This document shows, in pieces, positions 38,541 to 53,500 of a DNA stretch of 64,000 nt (within the stretch, counting starts at the first letter, position 1; each line of letters begins with the position of its first letter). A program made the position numbers and the translations under genes. The stretch covers positions 1 through 64,000 of the forward strand of contig OZ176057.1 of assembly GCA_964247055.1 (NCBI GenBank). The letters run 5' to 3'. Below the pieces are notes generated by a model that was given only the letters and a program-made list of their open reading frames with translations, had not been told where the DNA came from and ran no database searches. This DNA is from Paragordius varius. Taxonomy: Eukaryota; Animalia; Nematomorpha.

Positions 38541-41500
38541 ATCACCTTCATCCATCCTAATACTGAAACGTCGCGGTTTCGGTGACGGATGGATGTAAAC
38601 CGAATATACGAATATCCATTAAAACAGTTGCATCAATCAGGTCAAAGTCTTACAAAAAACCGTCCTGCAAAATATGTTCAAATTGGTTCTAAGCCAATCC
38701 TCTAACATTCTTAACTCCATCTATCGTAATACTGAAAAGGGGTGGTTTCGGTGACGGATGGATGTAAACTCAATATACGAATATCCATTAAGACAGTTGC
38801 ATCAATCAAATCCAAGTCTTAGAAAAAACCGTTCGGCAAAATATATTCAAATTGGTTCTAAGCCAATTCAACCAACATTCCTAACTCCATCTATCCTAAT
38901 ACTGAATAGGGGTGGTTTCGGTGGCGGATGGATGTAAACTCAATATACGAATATCCATTAAGACAGTTGCATCAATCAGGTCCAAGTCTTACAAAAAACC
39001 GTCCGGCAAAATCTGTTCAAATTGGTTCTTAGCCATATCAACCACCAATCTTAACTCCATCTATCCTAATACTGAAAAGGGGTGGTTTCGGTGGCGGATG
39101 GATGTAAACTCAACATACGAATCATTAAGACAGTTGAATCAATCAGGTCCAAGTCTTACAAAAAACCGTCCGGCAAAATCTGTTCAAATTGGTTCTCAGC
39201 CAATCAACCAATTTTCTTAACTCCATCTATCCTAATACTGAAAAGGGGTGGTTTCGGTGGCGGATGGATGTAAACTCAATATACGAATATCCATTAAGAC
39301 AGTTGCATCAATCAGGTCCAAGTCTTACAAAACCGTCCGGCAAAAACTGTTCAAATTGGTTCTAAGCCAATTCAACCAACATTCCTAACTCCATCTATCC
39401 TAATACTGAAAAGGGGTGGTTTCGGTGGCGGATGGATGTAAACTCAATATACGAATATCCATTAAGACAGTTGCATCAATCAGGTCCAAGTCTTACAAAA
39501 AACTGTCCGGCAAAATCTGTTCAAATTGGTTCTCAGCCAAATCAACCACCAATCTTAACTCCATCTATCCTAATACTGAAAAGGGGTGGTTTCGGTGGCG
39601 GATGGATGTAAACTCAATATACGACTATCCATTAAGACCGTTGCATCAATCAGGTCCAAGTCTTACAAAAAACCGTCCGGCAAAATCTGTTCAAATTGGT
39701 TTTCAGCCAAATCAACCAACCTTCTTAACTCCATCTATCCTAATACTGAAAAGGGGTGGTTTCGGTGGCGGATGGATGTAAACTCAATATACGAATATCC
39801 ATTAAGACAGTTGCATCAATCAGTCCAAGTCTTACAAAAAACCGTCCGGCAAAATCTGTTCAAATTGGTTCTCAGCCAAATCAACCACCAATCTTAACTC
39901 CATCTATCCTAATACTGAAAAGGGGTGGTTTCGGTGGCAGATGGATGTAAACTCAATATACGAATATCCATTATGACCGTTGCATCAATCAAGTCTAAGT
40001 CTTACAAAAAACCGTCCGGAATCTGTTCAAATTGGTTCTCAGCCAATCAACCAACCTTCTTAACTCCATCTATCCTAATACTGAAAAGGGGTGGTTTCGG
40101 TGGCGGATGGATGTAAACTCAATATACGAATATCCATTAAGACAGCTCCATCAATCAGGTCCAAGTCTTACAAAAAACCGTCCGGCAAAATCTGTTCAAA
40201 TTGGTTCTCAGCCAATCAACCAACCTTCTTAACTCCATCTATCCTAATACTGAAAAGGGGTGGTGGTGGCGGATGGATGTAAACTCAATATACGAATATC
40301 CATTAAGACCGTTGCATCAATCAGGTCCAAGTCTTACAAAAAACCGTCCGGCAAAATCTGTTCAAATTGGTTCTCAGCCAAATCAACCAACCTTCTTAAC
40401 TCCATCTATCCTAATACTGAAAAGGGGTGGTTTCGGTGGCGGATGGATGTAAACTCAATATACGAATATCCATTAAGACAGTTGCATCAATCAGTCCAAG
40501 TCTTACAAAAAACCGTCCGGCAAAATCTGTTCAAATTGGTTCTCAGCCAATCAACCAACCTCCTTAACTCCATCTATCCTAATACTGAAAAGGGGTGGTT
40601 TCGGTGGCGGATGGATGTAAACTCAATATACGAATATCCATTAAGACAGTTGCATCAATCAAATCCAAGTCTTAGAAAAAACCGTTCGGCAAAATATATT
40701 CAAATTGGTTCTAAGCCAATTCAACCAACATTCCTAACTCCATCTATCCTCCTAATACTGAATAGGGGTGGTTTCGGTGGCGGATGGATGTAAACTCAAC
40801 ATACGAATATCCATTAAGACAGTTGAATCAATCAGGTCCAAGTCTTGCAAAAAACCGTCCGGCAAAATCTGTTCAAATTGGTTCTCAGCTAATCAACCAA
40901 TCTTCTTAACTCCATCTATCCTAATACTGAAAAGGGGTGGTTTCGGTGGCGGATGGATGGAAACTCAATATACGAATATCCATGACCGTTGCATCAATCA
41001 GGTCCAAGTCTTACAAAAAACCGTTCGGCAAAATCTGTTCAAATTGGTTCTCAGCCAATCAACCAACCTTTTTAACTCCATCTATCCTAATACTAAAAAG
41101 GGGTGGTTTCGGTGGCGGATGGATGTAAACTCAATATACGAATATCCATTAAGACCGTTGCATCAATCAGGTACAAGTCTTACAAAAAACCGTCCAGGCA
41201 AAATCTGTTCAAATTGGTTTTCAGCCAAATCAACCAACCTTCTTAACTCCATCTATCCAAATACTGAAAAGGGGTGGTTTCGGTGGCGGATGGATGTAAA
41301 CTCAATATACGAATATCCATTAAGACCGTTGCATCAATCAGGTCCAAGTCTTACAAAAAACCGTCCGGCAAAATCTGTTCAAATTGGTTCTCAGCCAATC
41401 AACCAACCTTCTTAACTCCATCTATCCTAAAACTGAAAAGGGGTGGTTTCGGTGGCGGATGGATGTAAACTCAATATACGAATATCCATTAAGACAGTTG

Positions 41501-44500
41501 CATCAATCAGGTCCAAGTCTTACAAAAAACCGTCCGGCAAAATCTGTTCAAATTGGTTCTTAGCCATATCAACCACCAATCTTAACTCCATCTATCCTAA
41601 TACTGAAAAGGGGTGGTTTCGGTGGCGGATGGATGTAAACTCAATATACGAATATCCATTAAGACAGTTGAATCAATCAGGGTCTTACAAAAAACCGTCC
41701 GGCAAAATCTGTTCAAATTGGTTCTCAGCCAAATCAACCACCATTCTTAACTCCATCTATCCTAATACTGAAAAGGGGTGGTTTCGGTGGCGGATGGATG
41801 TAAACTCAATATACGAATATCCATTAAGACAGTTGAATCAATCAGGTCCAAGTCTAACAAAGAACCGTCCGGCAAAATCTGTTCAAATTGGTTCACAGCC
41901 AATCAACCAACCTTCTTAACTCCATCTATCCTAATACTGAAAAGGGGTGGTTTCGGTGGCCGATGGATGTAAACTCAATATACGAATATCCATTAAGACA
42001 GTTGCATTAATCAGGTCCAAGTCTTACAAAAAACCGTCCGGTAAAATCTGTTCAAATTGGTTTTCAGCCAAATCAACCACCATTCTTAACTCCATCTATC
42101 CTAATACTGAAAAGGGGTGGTTTCGGTGGCGGATGGATGTAAACTTAATATACGAATATCCATTAAGACCGTTGCATCAATCAGGTCCAAGTCTTTCAAA
42201 AAACCGTCCGGCAAAATCTGTTCAAATTGGCTCTCAGCCAAATCAACCACCATTCTTAACTCCATCTATCCTAATACTGAAAAGGGGTGGTTTCGGTGGC
42301 GGATGGATGCAAACTCAATATACGAATATCTATTAAGACAGTTGAATCAATCAGGTCCAAGTCTTACAAAAAACCGTCCGGCAAAATCTGTTCAAATTGG
42401 TTTTCAGCCAAATCAACCAACCTTCTTAACTCCATCTATCCAAATACTGAAAAGGGGTGGTTTCGGTGGCGGATGGATGTAAACTCAATATACGAAAATC
42501 CATTAAGACAGTTGAATCATTCAGGTCCAAGTCTTACAAAAAACCGTCCGGTAAAATCTGTTCAAATTGGTTTTCAGCCAAATCAACCACCATTCTTAAC
42601 TCCATCTATCCTAATACTGAAAAGGGGTGGTTTCGGTGGCGGATGGATGTAAACTTAATATACGAATATCCATTAAGACCGTTGCATCAATCAGGTCCAA
42701 GTCTTTCAAAAAACCGTCCGGCAAAATCTGTTCAAATTGGCTCTCAGCCAAATCAACCACCATTCTTAACTCCATCTATCCTAATACTGAAAAGGGGTGG
42801 TTTCGGTGGCGGATGGATGCAAACTCAATATACGAATATCTATTAAGACAGTTGAATCAATCAGGTCCAAGTCTTACAAAAAACCGTCCGGCAAAATCTG
42901 TTCAAATTGGTTCTCAGCCAAATCAACCAACCTTCTTAACTCCATCTATCCTAATACTGACAAGGGGTGGTTTCGGTGGCGGATGGATGTAAACTCAATA
43001 TACGAATATCCATTAAGACAGTTGCATCAATCAGTCCAAGTCTTACAAAAAACCGTCCGGCAAAATCTGTTCAAATTGGTTCTCAGCCAATCAACCAACC
43101 TGCTTAACTCCATCTATCCTAATACTGAAAAGGGGTGGTTTCGGTGGCGGATGGATGTAAACTCAATATACGAATATCCATTAAGACCGTTGCATCAATC
43201 AGGTCCAAGTCTTACAAAAAACCGTCCGGCAAAATCTGTTCAAATTGGTTCTCAGCCAATCAACCAATCTTCTTAACTCCATCTATCCTAATACAGAAAA
43301 GGGGTGGTTTCGGTGGCGGATGGATGTAAACTCAATATACGAATATCCATTAAGACAGTTGCATCAATCAGGTCCAAGTCTTACAAAAAACCGTCCGGCA
43401 AAATCTGTTCAAATTGGTTCTCAGCCAAATCAACCACCAATCTTAACTCCATCTATCCTAATACTGAAAAGGGGTGGTTTCGGTGGCGGATGGATGTAAA
43501 CTCAATATAGGAATATCCATTAAGACAGTTGCATCAATCAGGTCCAAGTCTTACAAAAAACCGTCCGGCAAAATCTGTTCAAATTGGTTCTCAGCCAAAT
43601 CAACCACCAATCTTAACTCCATCTATCCTAATACTGAAAAGGGGTGGTTTCGGTGGCGGATGGATGTAAACTCAATATACGAATATCCATTAAGACCGTT
43701 GCATCAATCAGGTCAAAGTCTTACAAAAAACCGTCCGGCAAAATCTGTTCAAATTGGTTCTCAGCCAATCAACCAACCTTCTTAACTCCATCTATCCTAA
43801 TACTGAAAAGAGGTGGTTTCGGTGGCGGATGAATGTAAACTCAATATGCGAATATCCATTAAGACCGTTGCATCAATCAGGTCCAAGTCTTACAAAAAAC
43901 CGTCCGGCAAAATCTGTTTAAATTGGTTCTCAGCCAATCAACCATTCTTAACTCCATCAATCCTAATACAGAAAAGGGGTGGTTTCGGTGGCGGATGGAT
44001 GTAAACTCAATATACGAATATCCATTAAGACAGTTGCATCAATCATGTCCAAGTCTTACAAAAAACCGTCCGGCAAAATCTGTTCAAATTGGTTCTCAGC
44101 CAAATCAACCACCAATCTTAACTCCATCTATCCTAATACTGAAAATGGGTGGTTTCGGTGGCGGATGGATGTAAACAAAATATACGAATATCCATTAAGA
44201 CAGATGCATCAATCAGGTCCAAGTCTTACAAAAAACCGTCCGGCAAAATCTGTTCAAATTGGTTCTCAGCCAAATCAACCACCAATCTTAACTCCATCTA
44301 TCCTAATACTGAAAAGGGGTGGTTTCGGTGGCGGATGGATGTAAACTCAATATAGGAATATCCATTAAGACAGTTGCATCAATCAGGTCCAAGTCTTACA
44401 AAAAACCGTCCGGCAAAATCTGTTCAAATTGGTTCTCAGCCAAATCAACCACCAATCTTAACTCCATCTATCCTAATACTGAAAAGGGGTGGTTTCGGTG

Positions 44501-47500
44501 GCGGATGGATGTAAACTCAATATACGAATATCCATTAAGACCGTTGCATCAATCAGGTCAAAGTCTTACAAAAAAACCGTCCGGCAAAATCTGTTCAAAT
44601 TGGTTCTCAGCCAATCAACCAACCTTCTTAACTCCATCTATCCTAATACTGAAAAGAGGTGGTTTCGGTGGCGGATGAATGTAAACTCAATATGCGAATA
44701 TCCATTAAGACCGTTGCATCAATCAGGTCCAAGTCTTACAAAAAACCGTCCGGCAAAATCTGTTTAAATTGGTTCTAAGCCAATCAACCATTCTTAACTC
44801 CATCAATCCTAATACAGAAAAGGGGTGGTTTCGGTGGCGGATGGATGTAAACTCAATATACGAATATCCATTAAGACAGTTGCATCAATCATGTCCAAGT
44901 CTTACAAAAAACCGTCCGGCAAAATCTGTTCAAATTGGTTCTCAGCCAAATCAACCACCAATCTTAACTCCATCTATCCTAATACTGAAAAGGGGTGGTT
45001 TCGGTGGCGGATGGATGTAAACAAAATATACGAATATCCATTAAGACAGATGCATCAATCAGGTCCAAGTCTTACAAAAAACCGTCCGGCAAAATCTGTT
45101 CAAATTGGTTCTCAGCCAAATCAACCACCAATCTTAACTCCATCTATCCTAATACTGAAAAGGGGTGGTTTCGGTGGCGGATGGATGTAAACTCAATATA
45201 CGAATATCCATTAAGACCGTTGCATCAATCAGGTCCAAGTCTTACAAAAAACCGTCCGGCAAAATCTGTTCAAATTGGTTCTCAGCCAATCAACCAACCT
45301 TCTTAACTCCATCTATCCTAATACTGAAAAGGGGTGGTTTCGGTGGCGGATGGATGTAAACTCAATATACGAATATCCATTAAGACCGTTGCATCAATCA
45401 GGTCCAAGTCTTACAAAAAACCGTCCGGCAAAATCTGTTCAAATTGGTTCTCAGCCAATCAACCAATCTTCTTAACTCCATCTATCCTAATACAGAAAAG
45501 GGGTGGTTTCGGTGGCGGATGGATGTAAACTCAATATACGAATATCCATTAAGACAGTTGCATCAATCAGGTCCAAGTCTTACAAAAAACCGTCCGGCAA
45601 AATCTGTTCAAATTGGTTCTCAGCCAAATCAACCACCAATCTTAATTCCATCTATCCTAATACTGAAAAGGGGTGGTTTCGGTGGCGGATGGATGTAAAC
45701 TCAATATAGGAATATCCATTAAGACAGTTGCATCAATCAGGTCCAAGTCTTACAAAAAACCGTCCGGCAAAATCTGTTCAAATTGGTTCTCAGCCAAATC
45801 AACCACCAATCTTAACTCCATCTATCCTAATACTGAAAAGGGGTGGTTTCGGTGGCGGATGGATGTAAACTCAATATACGAATATCCATTAAGACCGTTG
45901 CATCAATCAGGTCAAAGTCTTACAAAAAACCGTCCGGCAAAATCTGTTCAAATTGGTTCTCAGCCAATCAACCAACCTTCTTAACTCCATCTATCCTAAT
46001 ACTGAAAAGAGGTGGTTTCGGTGGCGGATGAATGTAAACTCAATATGCGAATATCCATTAAGACCGTTGCATCAATCAGGTCCAAGTCTTACAAAAAACC
46101 GTCCGGCAAAATCTGTTCAAATTGGTTCTCAGCCAATCAACCAACCTTCTTAACTCCATCTATCCTAATACTGAAAAGGGGTGGTTTCGGTGGCGGATGG
46201 ATGTAAACTCAATATACGAATATCCATTAAGACCGTTGCATCAATCAGGTCCAAGTCTTACAAAAAACCGTCCGGCAAAATCTGTTCAAATTGGTTCTCA
46301 GCCAATCAACCAACCTTCTTAACTCCATCTATCCTAATACTGAAAAGGGGTGGTTTCGGTGGCGGATGGATGTAAACTCAATATACGAATATCCATTAAG
46401 ACAGTTGAATCAATCAGGGTCTTACAAAAAACCGTCCGGCAAAATCTGTTCAAATTGGTTCTCAGCCAAATCAACCACCATTCTTAACTCCATCTATCTT
46501 AATACTGAAAAGGGGTGGTTTCGGTGGCGGATGGATGTAAACTCAATATACGAATATCCATTAAGACAGTTCCATCAATCAGGTCCAAGTCTTACAAAAA
46601 ACCGTCCGGCAAAATCTGTTCAAATTGGTTCTCAGCCAATCAACCAACCTTCTTAACTCCATCTATCCTAATACTGAAAAGGGGTGGTTTCGGTGGCGGA
46701 TGGATGTAAACTCAATATACGAATATCCATTAAGACCGTTGCATCAATCAGGTCCAAGTCTTACAAAAAACCGTCCGGCAAAATCTGTTCAAATTGGTTC
46801 TCAGCCAAATCAACCAACCTTCTTAACTCCATCTATCCTAATACTGACAAGGGGTGGTTTCGGTGGCGGATGGATGTAAACTCAATATACGAATATCCAT
46901 TAAGACAGTTGCATCAATCAGTCCAAGTCTTACAAAAAACCGTCCGGCAAAATCTGTTCAAATTGGTTCTCAGCCAAATCAACCACCAATCTTAACTCCA
47001 TCTATCCTAATACTGAAAAGGGGTGGTTTCGGTGGCGGATGGATGTAAACTCAATATACGAATATCCATTAAGACCGTTGCATCAATCAGGTCAAAGTCT
47101 TACAAAAAACCGTCCGGCAAAATCTGTTCAAATTGGTTCTCAGCCAATCAACCAACCTTCTTAACTCCATCTATCCTAATACTGAAAAGAGGTGGTTTCG
47201 GTGGCGGATGAATGTAAACTCAATATGCGAATATCCATTAAGACCGTTGCATCAATCAGGTCCAAGTCTTACAAAAAACCGTCCGGCAAAATCTGTTCAA
47301 ATTGGTTCTCAGCCAATCAACCAACCTTCTTAACTCCATCTATCCTAATACTGAAAAGGGGTGGTTTCGGTGGCGGATGGATGTAAACTCAATATACGAA
47401 TATCCATTAAGACCGTTGCATCAATCAGGTCCAAGTCTTACAAAAAACCGTCCGGCAAAATCTGTTCAAATTGGTTCTCAGCCAATCAACCAACCTTCTT

Positions 47501-50500
47501 AACTCCATCTATCCTAATACTGAAAAGGGGTGGTTTCGGTGGCGGATGGATGTAAACTCAATATACGAATATCCATTAAGACAGTTGAATCAATCAGGGT
47601 CTTACAAAAAACCGTCCGGCAAAATCTGTTCAAATTGGTTCTCAGCCAAATCAACCACCATTCTTAACTCCATCTATCTTAATACTGAAAAGGGGTGGTT
47701 TCGGTGGCGGATGGATGTAAACTCAATATACGAATATCCATTAAGACAGTTCCATCAATCAGGTCCAAGTCTTACAAAAAACCGTCCGGCAAAATCTGTT
47801 CAAATTGGTTCTCAGCCAATCAACCAACCTTCTTAACTCCATCTATCCTAATACTGAAAAGGGGTGGTTTCGGTGGCGGATGGATGTAAACTCAATATAC
47901 GAATATCCATTAAGACCGTTGCATCAATCAGGTCCAAGTCTTACAAAAAACCGTCCGGCAAAATCTGTTCAAATTGGTTCTCAGCCAAATCAACCAACCT
48001 TCTTAACTCCATCTATCCTAATACTGACAAGGGGTGGTTTCGGTGGCGGATGGATGTAAACTCAATATACGAATATCCATTAAGACAGTTGCATCAATCA
48101 GTCCAAGTCTTACAAAAAACCGTCCGGCAAAATCTGTTCAAATTGGTTCTCAGCCAATCAACCAACCTGCTTAACTCCATCTATCCTAATACTGAAAAGG
48201 GGTGGTTTCGGTGGCGGATGGATGTAAACTCAATATACGAATATCCATTAAGACCGTTGCATCAATCAGGTCCAAGTCTTACAAAAAACCGTCCGGCAAA
48301 ATCTGTTCAAATTGGTTCTCAGCCAATCAACCAATCTTCTTAACTCCATCTATCCTAATACAGAAAAGGGGTGGTTTCGGTGGCGGATGGATGTAAACTC
48401 AATATACGAATATCCATTAAGACAGTTGCATCAATCAGGTCCAAGTCTTACAAAAAACCGTCCGGCAAAATCTGTTCAAATTGGTTCTCAGCCAAATCAA
48501 CCACCAATCTTAACTCCATCTATCCTAATACTGAAAAGGGGTGGTTTCGGTGGCGGATGGATGTAAACTCAATATAGGAATATCCATTAAGACAGTTGCA
48601 TCAATCAGGTCCAAGTCTTACAAAAAACCGTCCGGCAAAATCTGTTCAAATTGGTTCTCAGCCAAATCAACCACCAATCTTAACTCCATGTATCCTAATA
48701 CTGAAAAGGGGTGGTTTCGGTGGCGGATGGATGTAAACTCAATATACGAATATCCATTAAGACCGTTGCATCAATCAGGTCAAAGTCTTACAAAAAACCG
48801 TCCGGCAAAATCTGTTCAAATTGGTTCTCAGCCAATCAACCAACCTTCTTAACTCCATCTATCCTAATACTGAAAAGAGGTGGTTTCGGTGGCGGATGAA
48901 TGTAAACTCAATATGCGAATATCCATTAAGACCGTTGCATCAATCAGGTCCAAGTCTTACAAAAAACCGTCCGGCAAAATCTGTTTAAATTGGTTCTCAG
49001 CCAATCAACCATTCTTAACTCCATCAATCCTAATACAGAAAAGGGGTGGTTTCGGTGGCGGATGGATGTAAACTCAATATACGAATATCCATTAAGACAG
49101 TTGCATCAATCATGTCCAAGTCTTACAAAAAACCGTCCGGCAAAATCTGTTCAAATTGGTTCTCAGCCAAATCAACCACCAATCTTAACTCCATCTATCC
49201 TAATACTGAAAAGGGGTGGTTTCGGTGGCGGATGGATGTAAACAAAATATACGAATATCCATTAAGACAGATGCATCAATCAGGTCCAAGTCTTACAAAA
49301 AACCGTCCGGCAAAATCTGTTCAAATTGGTTCTCAGCCAAATCAACCACCAATCTTAACTCCATCTATCCTAATACTGAAAAGGGGTGGTTTCGGTGGCG
49401 GATGGATGTAAACTCAATATAGGAATATCCATTAAGACAGTTGCATCAATCAGGTCCAAGTCTTACAAAAAACCGTCCGGCAAAATCTGTTCAAATTGGT
49501 TCTCAGCCAAATCAACCACCAATCTTAACTCCATCTATCCTAATACTGAAAAGGGGTGGTTTCGGTGGCGGATGGATGTAAACTCAATATACGAATATCC
49601 ATTAAGACCGTTGCATCAATCAGGTCAAAGTCTTACAAAAAACCGTCCGGCAAAATCTGTTCAAATTGGTTCTCAGCCAATCAACCAACCTTCTTAACTC
49701 CATCTATCCTAATACTGAAAAGAGGTGGTTTCGGTGGCGGATGAATGTAAACTCAATATGCGAATATCCATTAAGACCGTTGCATCAATCAGGTCCAAGT
49801 CTTACAAAAAACCGTCCGGCAAAATCTGTTTAAATTGGTTCTCAGCCAATCAACCATTCTTAACTCCATCAATCCTAATACAGAAAAGGGGTGGTTTCGG
49901 TGGCGGATGGATGTAAACTCAATATACGAATATCCATTAAGACAGTTGCATCAATCATGTCCAAGTCTTACAAAAAACCGTCCGGCAAAATCTGTTCAAA
50001 TTGGTTCTCAGCCAAATCAACCACCAATCTTAACTCCATCTATCCTAATACTGAAAAGGGGTGGTTTCGGTGGCGGATGGATGTAAACAAAATATACGAA
50101 TATCCATTAAGACAGATGCATCAATCAGGTCCAAGTCTTACAAAAAACCGTCCGGCAAAATCTGTTCAAATTGGTTCTCAGCCAAATCAACCACCAATCT
50201 TAACTCCATCTATCCTAATACTGAAAAGGGGTGGTTTCGGTGGCGGATGGATGTAAACTCAATATACGAATATCCATTAAGACCGTTGCATCAATCAGGT
50301 CCAAGTCTTACAAAAAACCGTCCGGCAAAATCTGTTCAAATTGGTTCTCAGCCAATCAACCAACCTTCTTAACTCCATCTATCCTAATACTGAAAAGGGG
50401 TGGTTTCGGTGGCGGATGGATGTAAACTCAATATACGAATATCCATTAAGACCGTTGCATCAATCAGGTCCAAGTCTTACAAAAAACCGTCCGGCAAAAT

Positions 50501-53500
50501 CTGTTCAAATTGGTTCTCAGCCAATCAACCAATCTTCTTAACTCCATCTATCCTAATACAGAAAAGGGGTGGTTTCGGTGGCGGATGGATGTAAACTCAA
50601 TATACGAATATCCATTAAGACAGTTGCATCAATCAGGTCCAAGTCTTACAAAAAACCGTCCGGCAAAATCTGTTCAAATTGGTTCTCAGCCAAATCAACC
50701 ACCAATCTTAATTCCATCTATCCTAATACTGAAAAGGGGTGGTTTCGGTGGCGGATGGATGTAAACTCAATATAGGAATATCCATTAAGACAGTTGCATC
50801 AATCAGGTCCAAGTCTTACAAAAAACCGTCCGGCAAAATCTGTTCAAATTGGTTCTCAGCCAAATCAACCACCAATCTTAACTCCATCTATCCTAATACT
50901 GAAAAGGGGTGGTTTCGGTGGCGGATGGATGTAAACTCAATATACGAATATCCATTAAGACCGTTGCATCAATCAGGTCAAAGTCTTACAAAAAACCGTC
51001 CGGCAAAATCTGTTCAAATTGGTTCTCAGCCAATCAACCAACCTTCTTAACTCCATCTATCCTAATACTGAAAAGAGGTGGTTTCGGTGGCGGATGAATG
51101 TAAACTCAATATGCGAATATCCATTAAGACCGTTGCATCAATCAGGTCCAAGTCTTACAAAAAACCGTCCGGCAAAATCTGTTCAAATTGGTTCTCAGCC
51201 AATCAACCAACCTTCTTAACTCCATCTATCCTAATACTGAAAAGGGGTGGTTTCGGTGGCGGATGGATGTAAACTCAATATACGAATATCCATTAAGACC
51301 GTTGCATCAATCAGGTCCAAGTCTTACAAAAAACCGTCCGGCAAAATCTGTTCAAATTGGTTCTCAGCCAATCAACCAACCTTCTTAACTCCATCTATCC
51401 TAATACTGAAAAGGGGTGGTTTCGGTGGCGGATGGATGTAAACTCAATATACGAATATCCATTAAGACCGTTGCATCAATCAGGTCCAAGTCTTACAAAA
51501 AACCGTCCGGCAAAATCTGTTCAAATTGGTTCTCAGCCAATCAACCAATCTTCTTAACTCCATCTATCCTAATACAGAAAAGGGGTGGTTTCGGTGGCGG
51601 ATGGATGTAAACTCAATATACGAATATCCATTAAGACAGTTGCATCAATCAGGTCCAAGTCTTACAAAAAACCGTCCGGCAAAATCTGTTCAAATTGGTT
51701 CTCAGCCAAATCAACCACCAATCTTAATTCCATCTATCCTAATACTGAAAAGGGGTGGTTTCGGTGGCGGATGGATGTAAACTCAATATAGGAATATCCA
51801 TTAAGACAGTTGCATCAATCAGGTCCAAGTCTTACAAAAAACCGTCCGGCAAAATCTGTTCAAATTGGTTCTCAGCCAAATCAACCACCAATCTTAACTC
51901 CATCTATCCTAATACTGAAAAGGGGTGGTTTCGGTGGCGGATGGATGTAAACTCAATATACGAATATCCATTAAGACCGTTGCATCAATCAGGTCAAAGT
52001 CTTACAAAAAACCGTCCGGCAAAATCTGTTCAAATTGGTTCTCAGCCAATCAACCAACCTTCTTAACTCCATCTATCCTAATACTGAAAAGAGGTGGTTT
52101 CGGTGGCGGATGAATGTAAACTCAATATGCGAATATCCATTAAGACCGTTGCATCAATCAGGTCCAAGTCTTACAAAAAACCGTCCGGCAAAATCTGTTC
52201 AAATTGGTTCTCAGCCAATCAACCAACCTTCTTAACTCCATCTATCCTAATACTGAAAAGGGGTGGTTTCGGTGGCGGATGGATGTAAACTCAATATACG
52301 AATATCCATTAAGACCGTTGCATCAATCAGGTCCAAGTCTTACAAAAAACCGTCCGGCAAAATCTGTTCAAATTGGTTCTCAGCCAATCAACCAACCTTC
52401 TTAACTCCATCTATCCTAATACTGAAAAGGGGTGGTTTCGGTGGCGGATGGATGTAAACTCAATATACGAATATCCATTAAGACCGTTGCATCAATCAGG
52501 TCCAAGTCTTACAAAAAACCGTCCGGCAAAATCTGTTCAAATTGGTTCTCAGCCAATCAACCAATCTTCTTAACTCCATCTATCCTAATACAGAAAAGGG
52601 GTGGTTTCGGTGGCGGATGGATGTAAACTCAATATACGAATATCCATTAAGACAGTTGCATCAATCAGGTCCAAGTCTTACAAAAAACCGTCCGGCAAAA
52701 TCTGTTCAAATTGGTTCTCAGCCAAATCAACCACCAATCTTAATTCCATCTATCCTAATACTGAAAAGGGGTGGTTTCGGTGGCGGATGGATGTAAACTC
52801 AATATAGGAATATCCATTAAGACAGTTGCATCAATCAGGTCCAAGTCTTACAAAAAACCGTCCGGCAAAATCTGTTCAAATTGGTTCTCAGCCAAATCAA
52901 CCACCAATCTTAACTCCATCTATCCTAATACTGAAAAGGGGTGGTTTCGGTGGCGGATGGATGTAAACTCAATATACGAATATCCATTAAGACCGTTGCA
53001 TCAATCAGGTCAAAGTCTTACAAAAAACCGTCCGGCAAAATCTGTTCAAATTGGTTCTCAGCCAAATCAACCACCAATCTTAACTCCATCTATCCTAATA
53101 CTGAAAAGGGGTGGTTTCGGTGGCGGATGGATGTAAACAAAATATACGAATATCCATTAAGACAGATGCATCAATCAGGTCCAAGTCTTACAAAAAACCG
53201 TCCGGCAAAATCTGTTCAAATTGGTTCTCAGCCAAATCAACCACCAATCTTAACTCCATCTATCCTAATACTGAAAAGGGGTGGTTTCGGTGGCGGATGG
53301 ATGTAAACTCAATATACGAATATCCATTAAGACCGTTGCATCAATCAGGTCAAAGTCTTACAAAAAACCGTCCGGCAAAATCTGTTCAAATTGGTTCTCA
53401 GCCAATCAACCAACCTTCTTAACTCCATCTATCCTAATACTGAAAAGGGGTGGTTTCGGTGGCGGATGGATGTAAACTCAATATACGAATATCCATTAAG

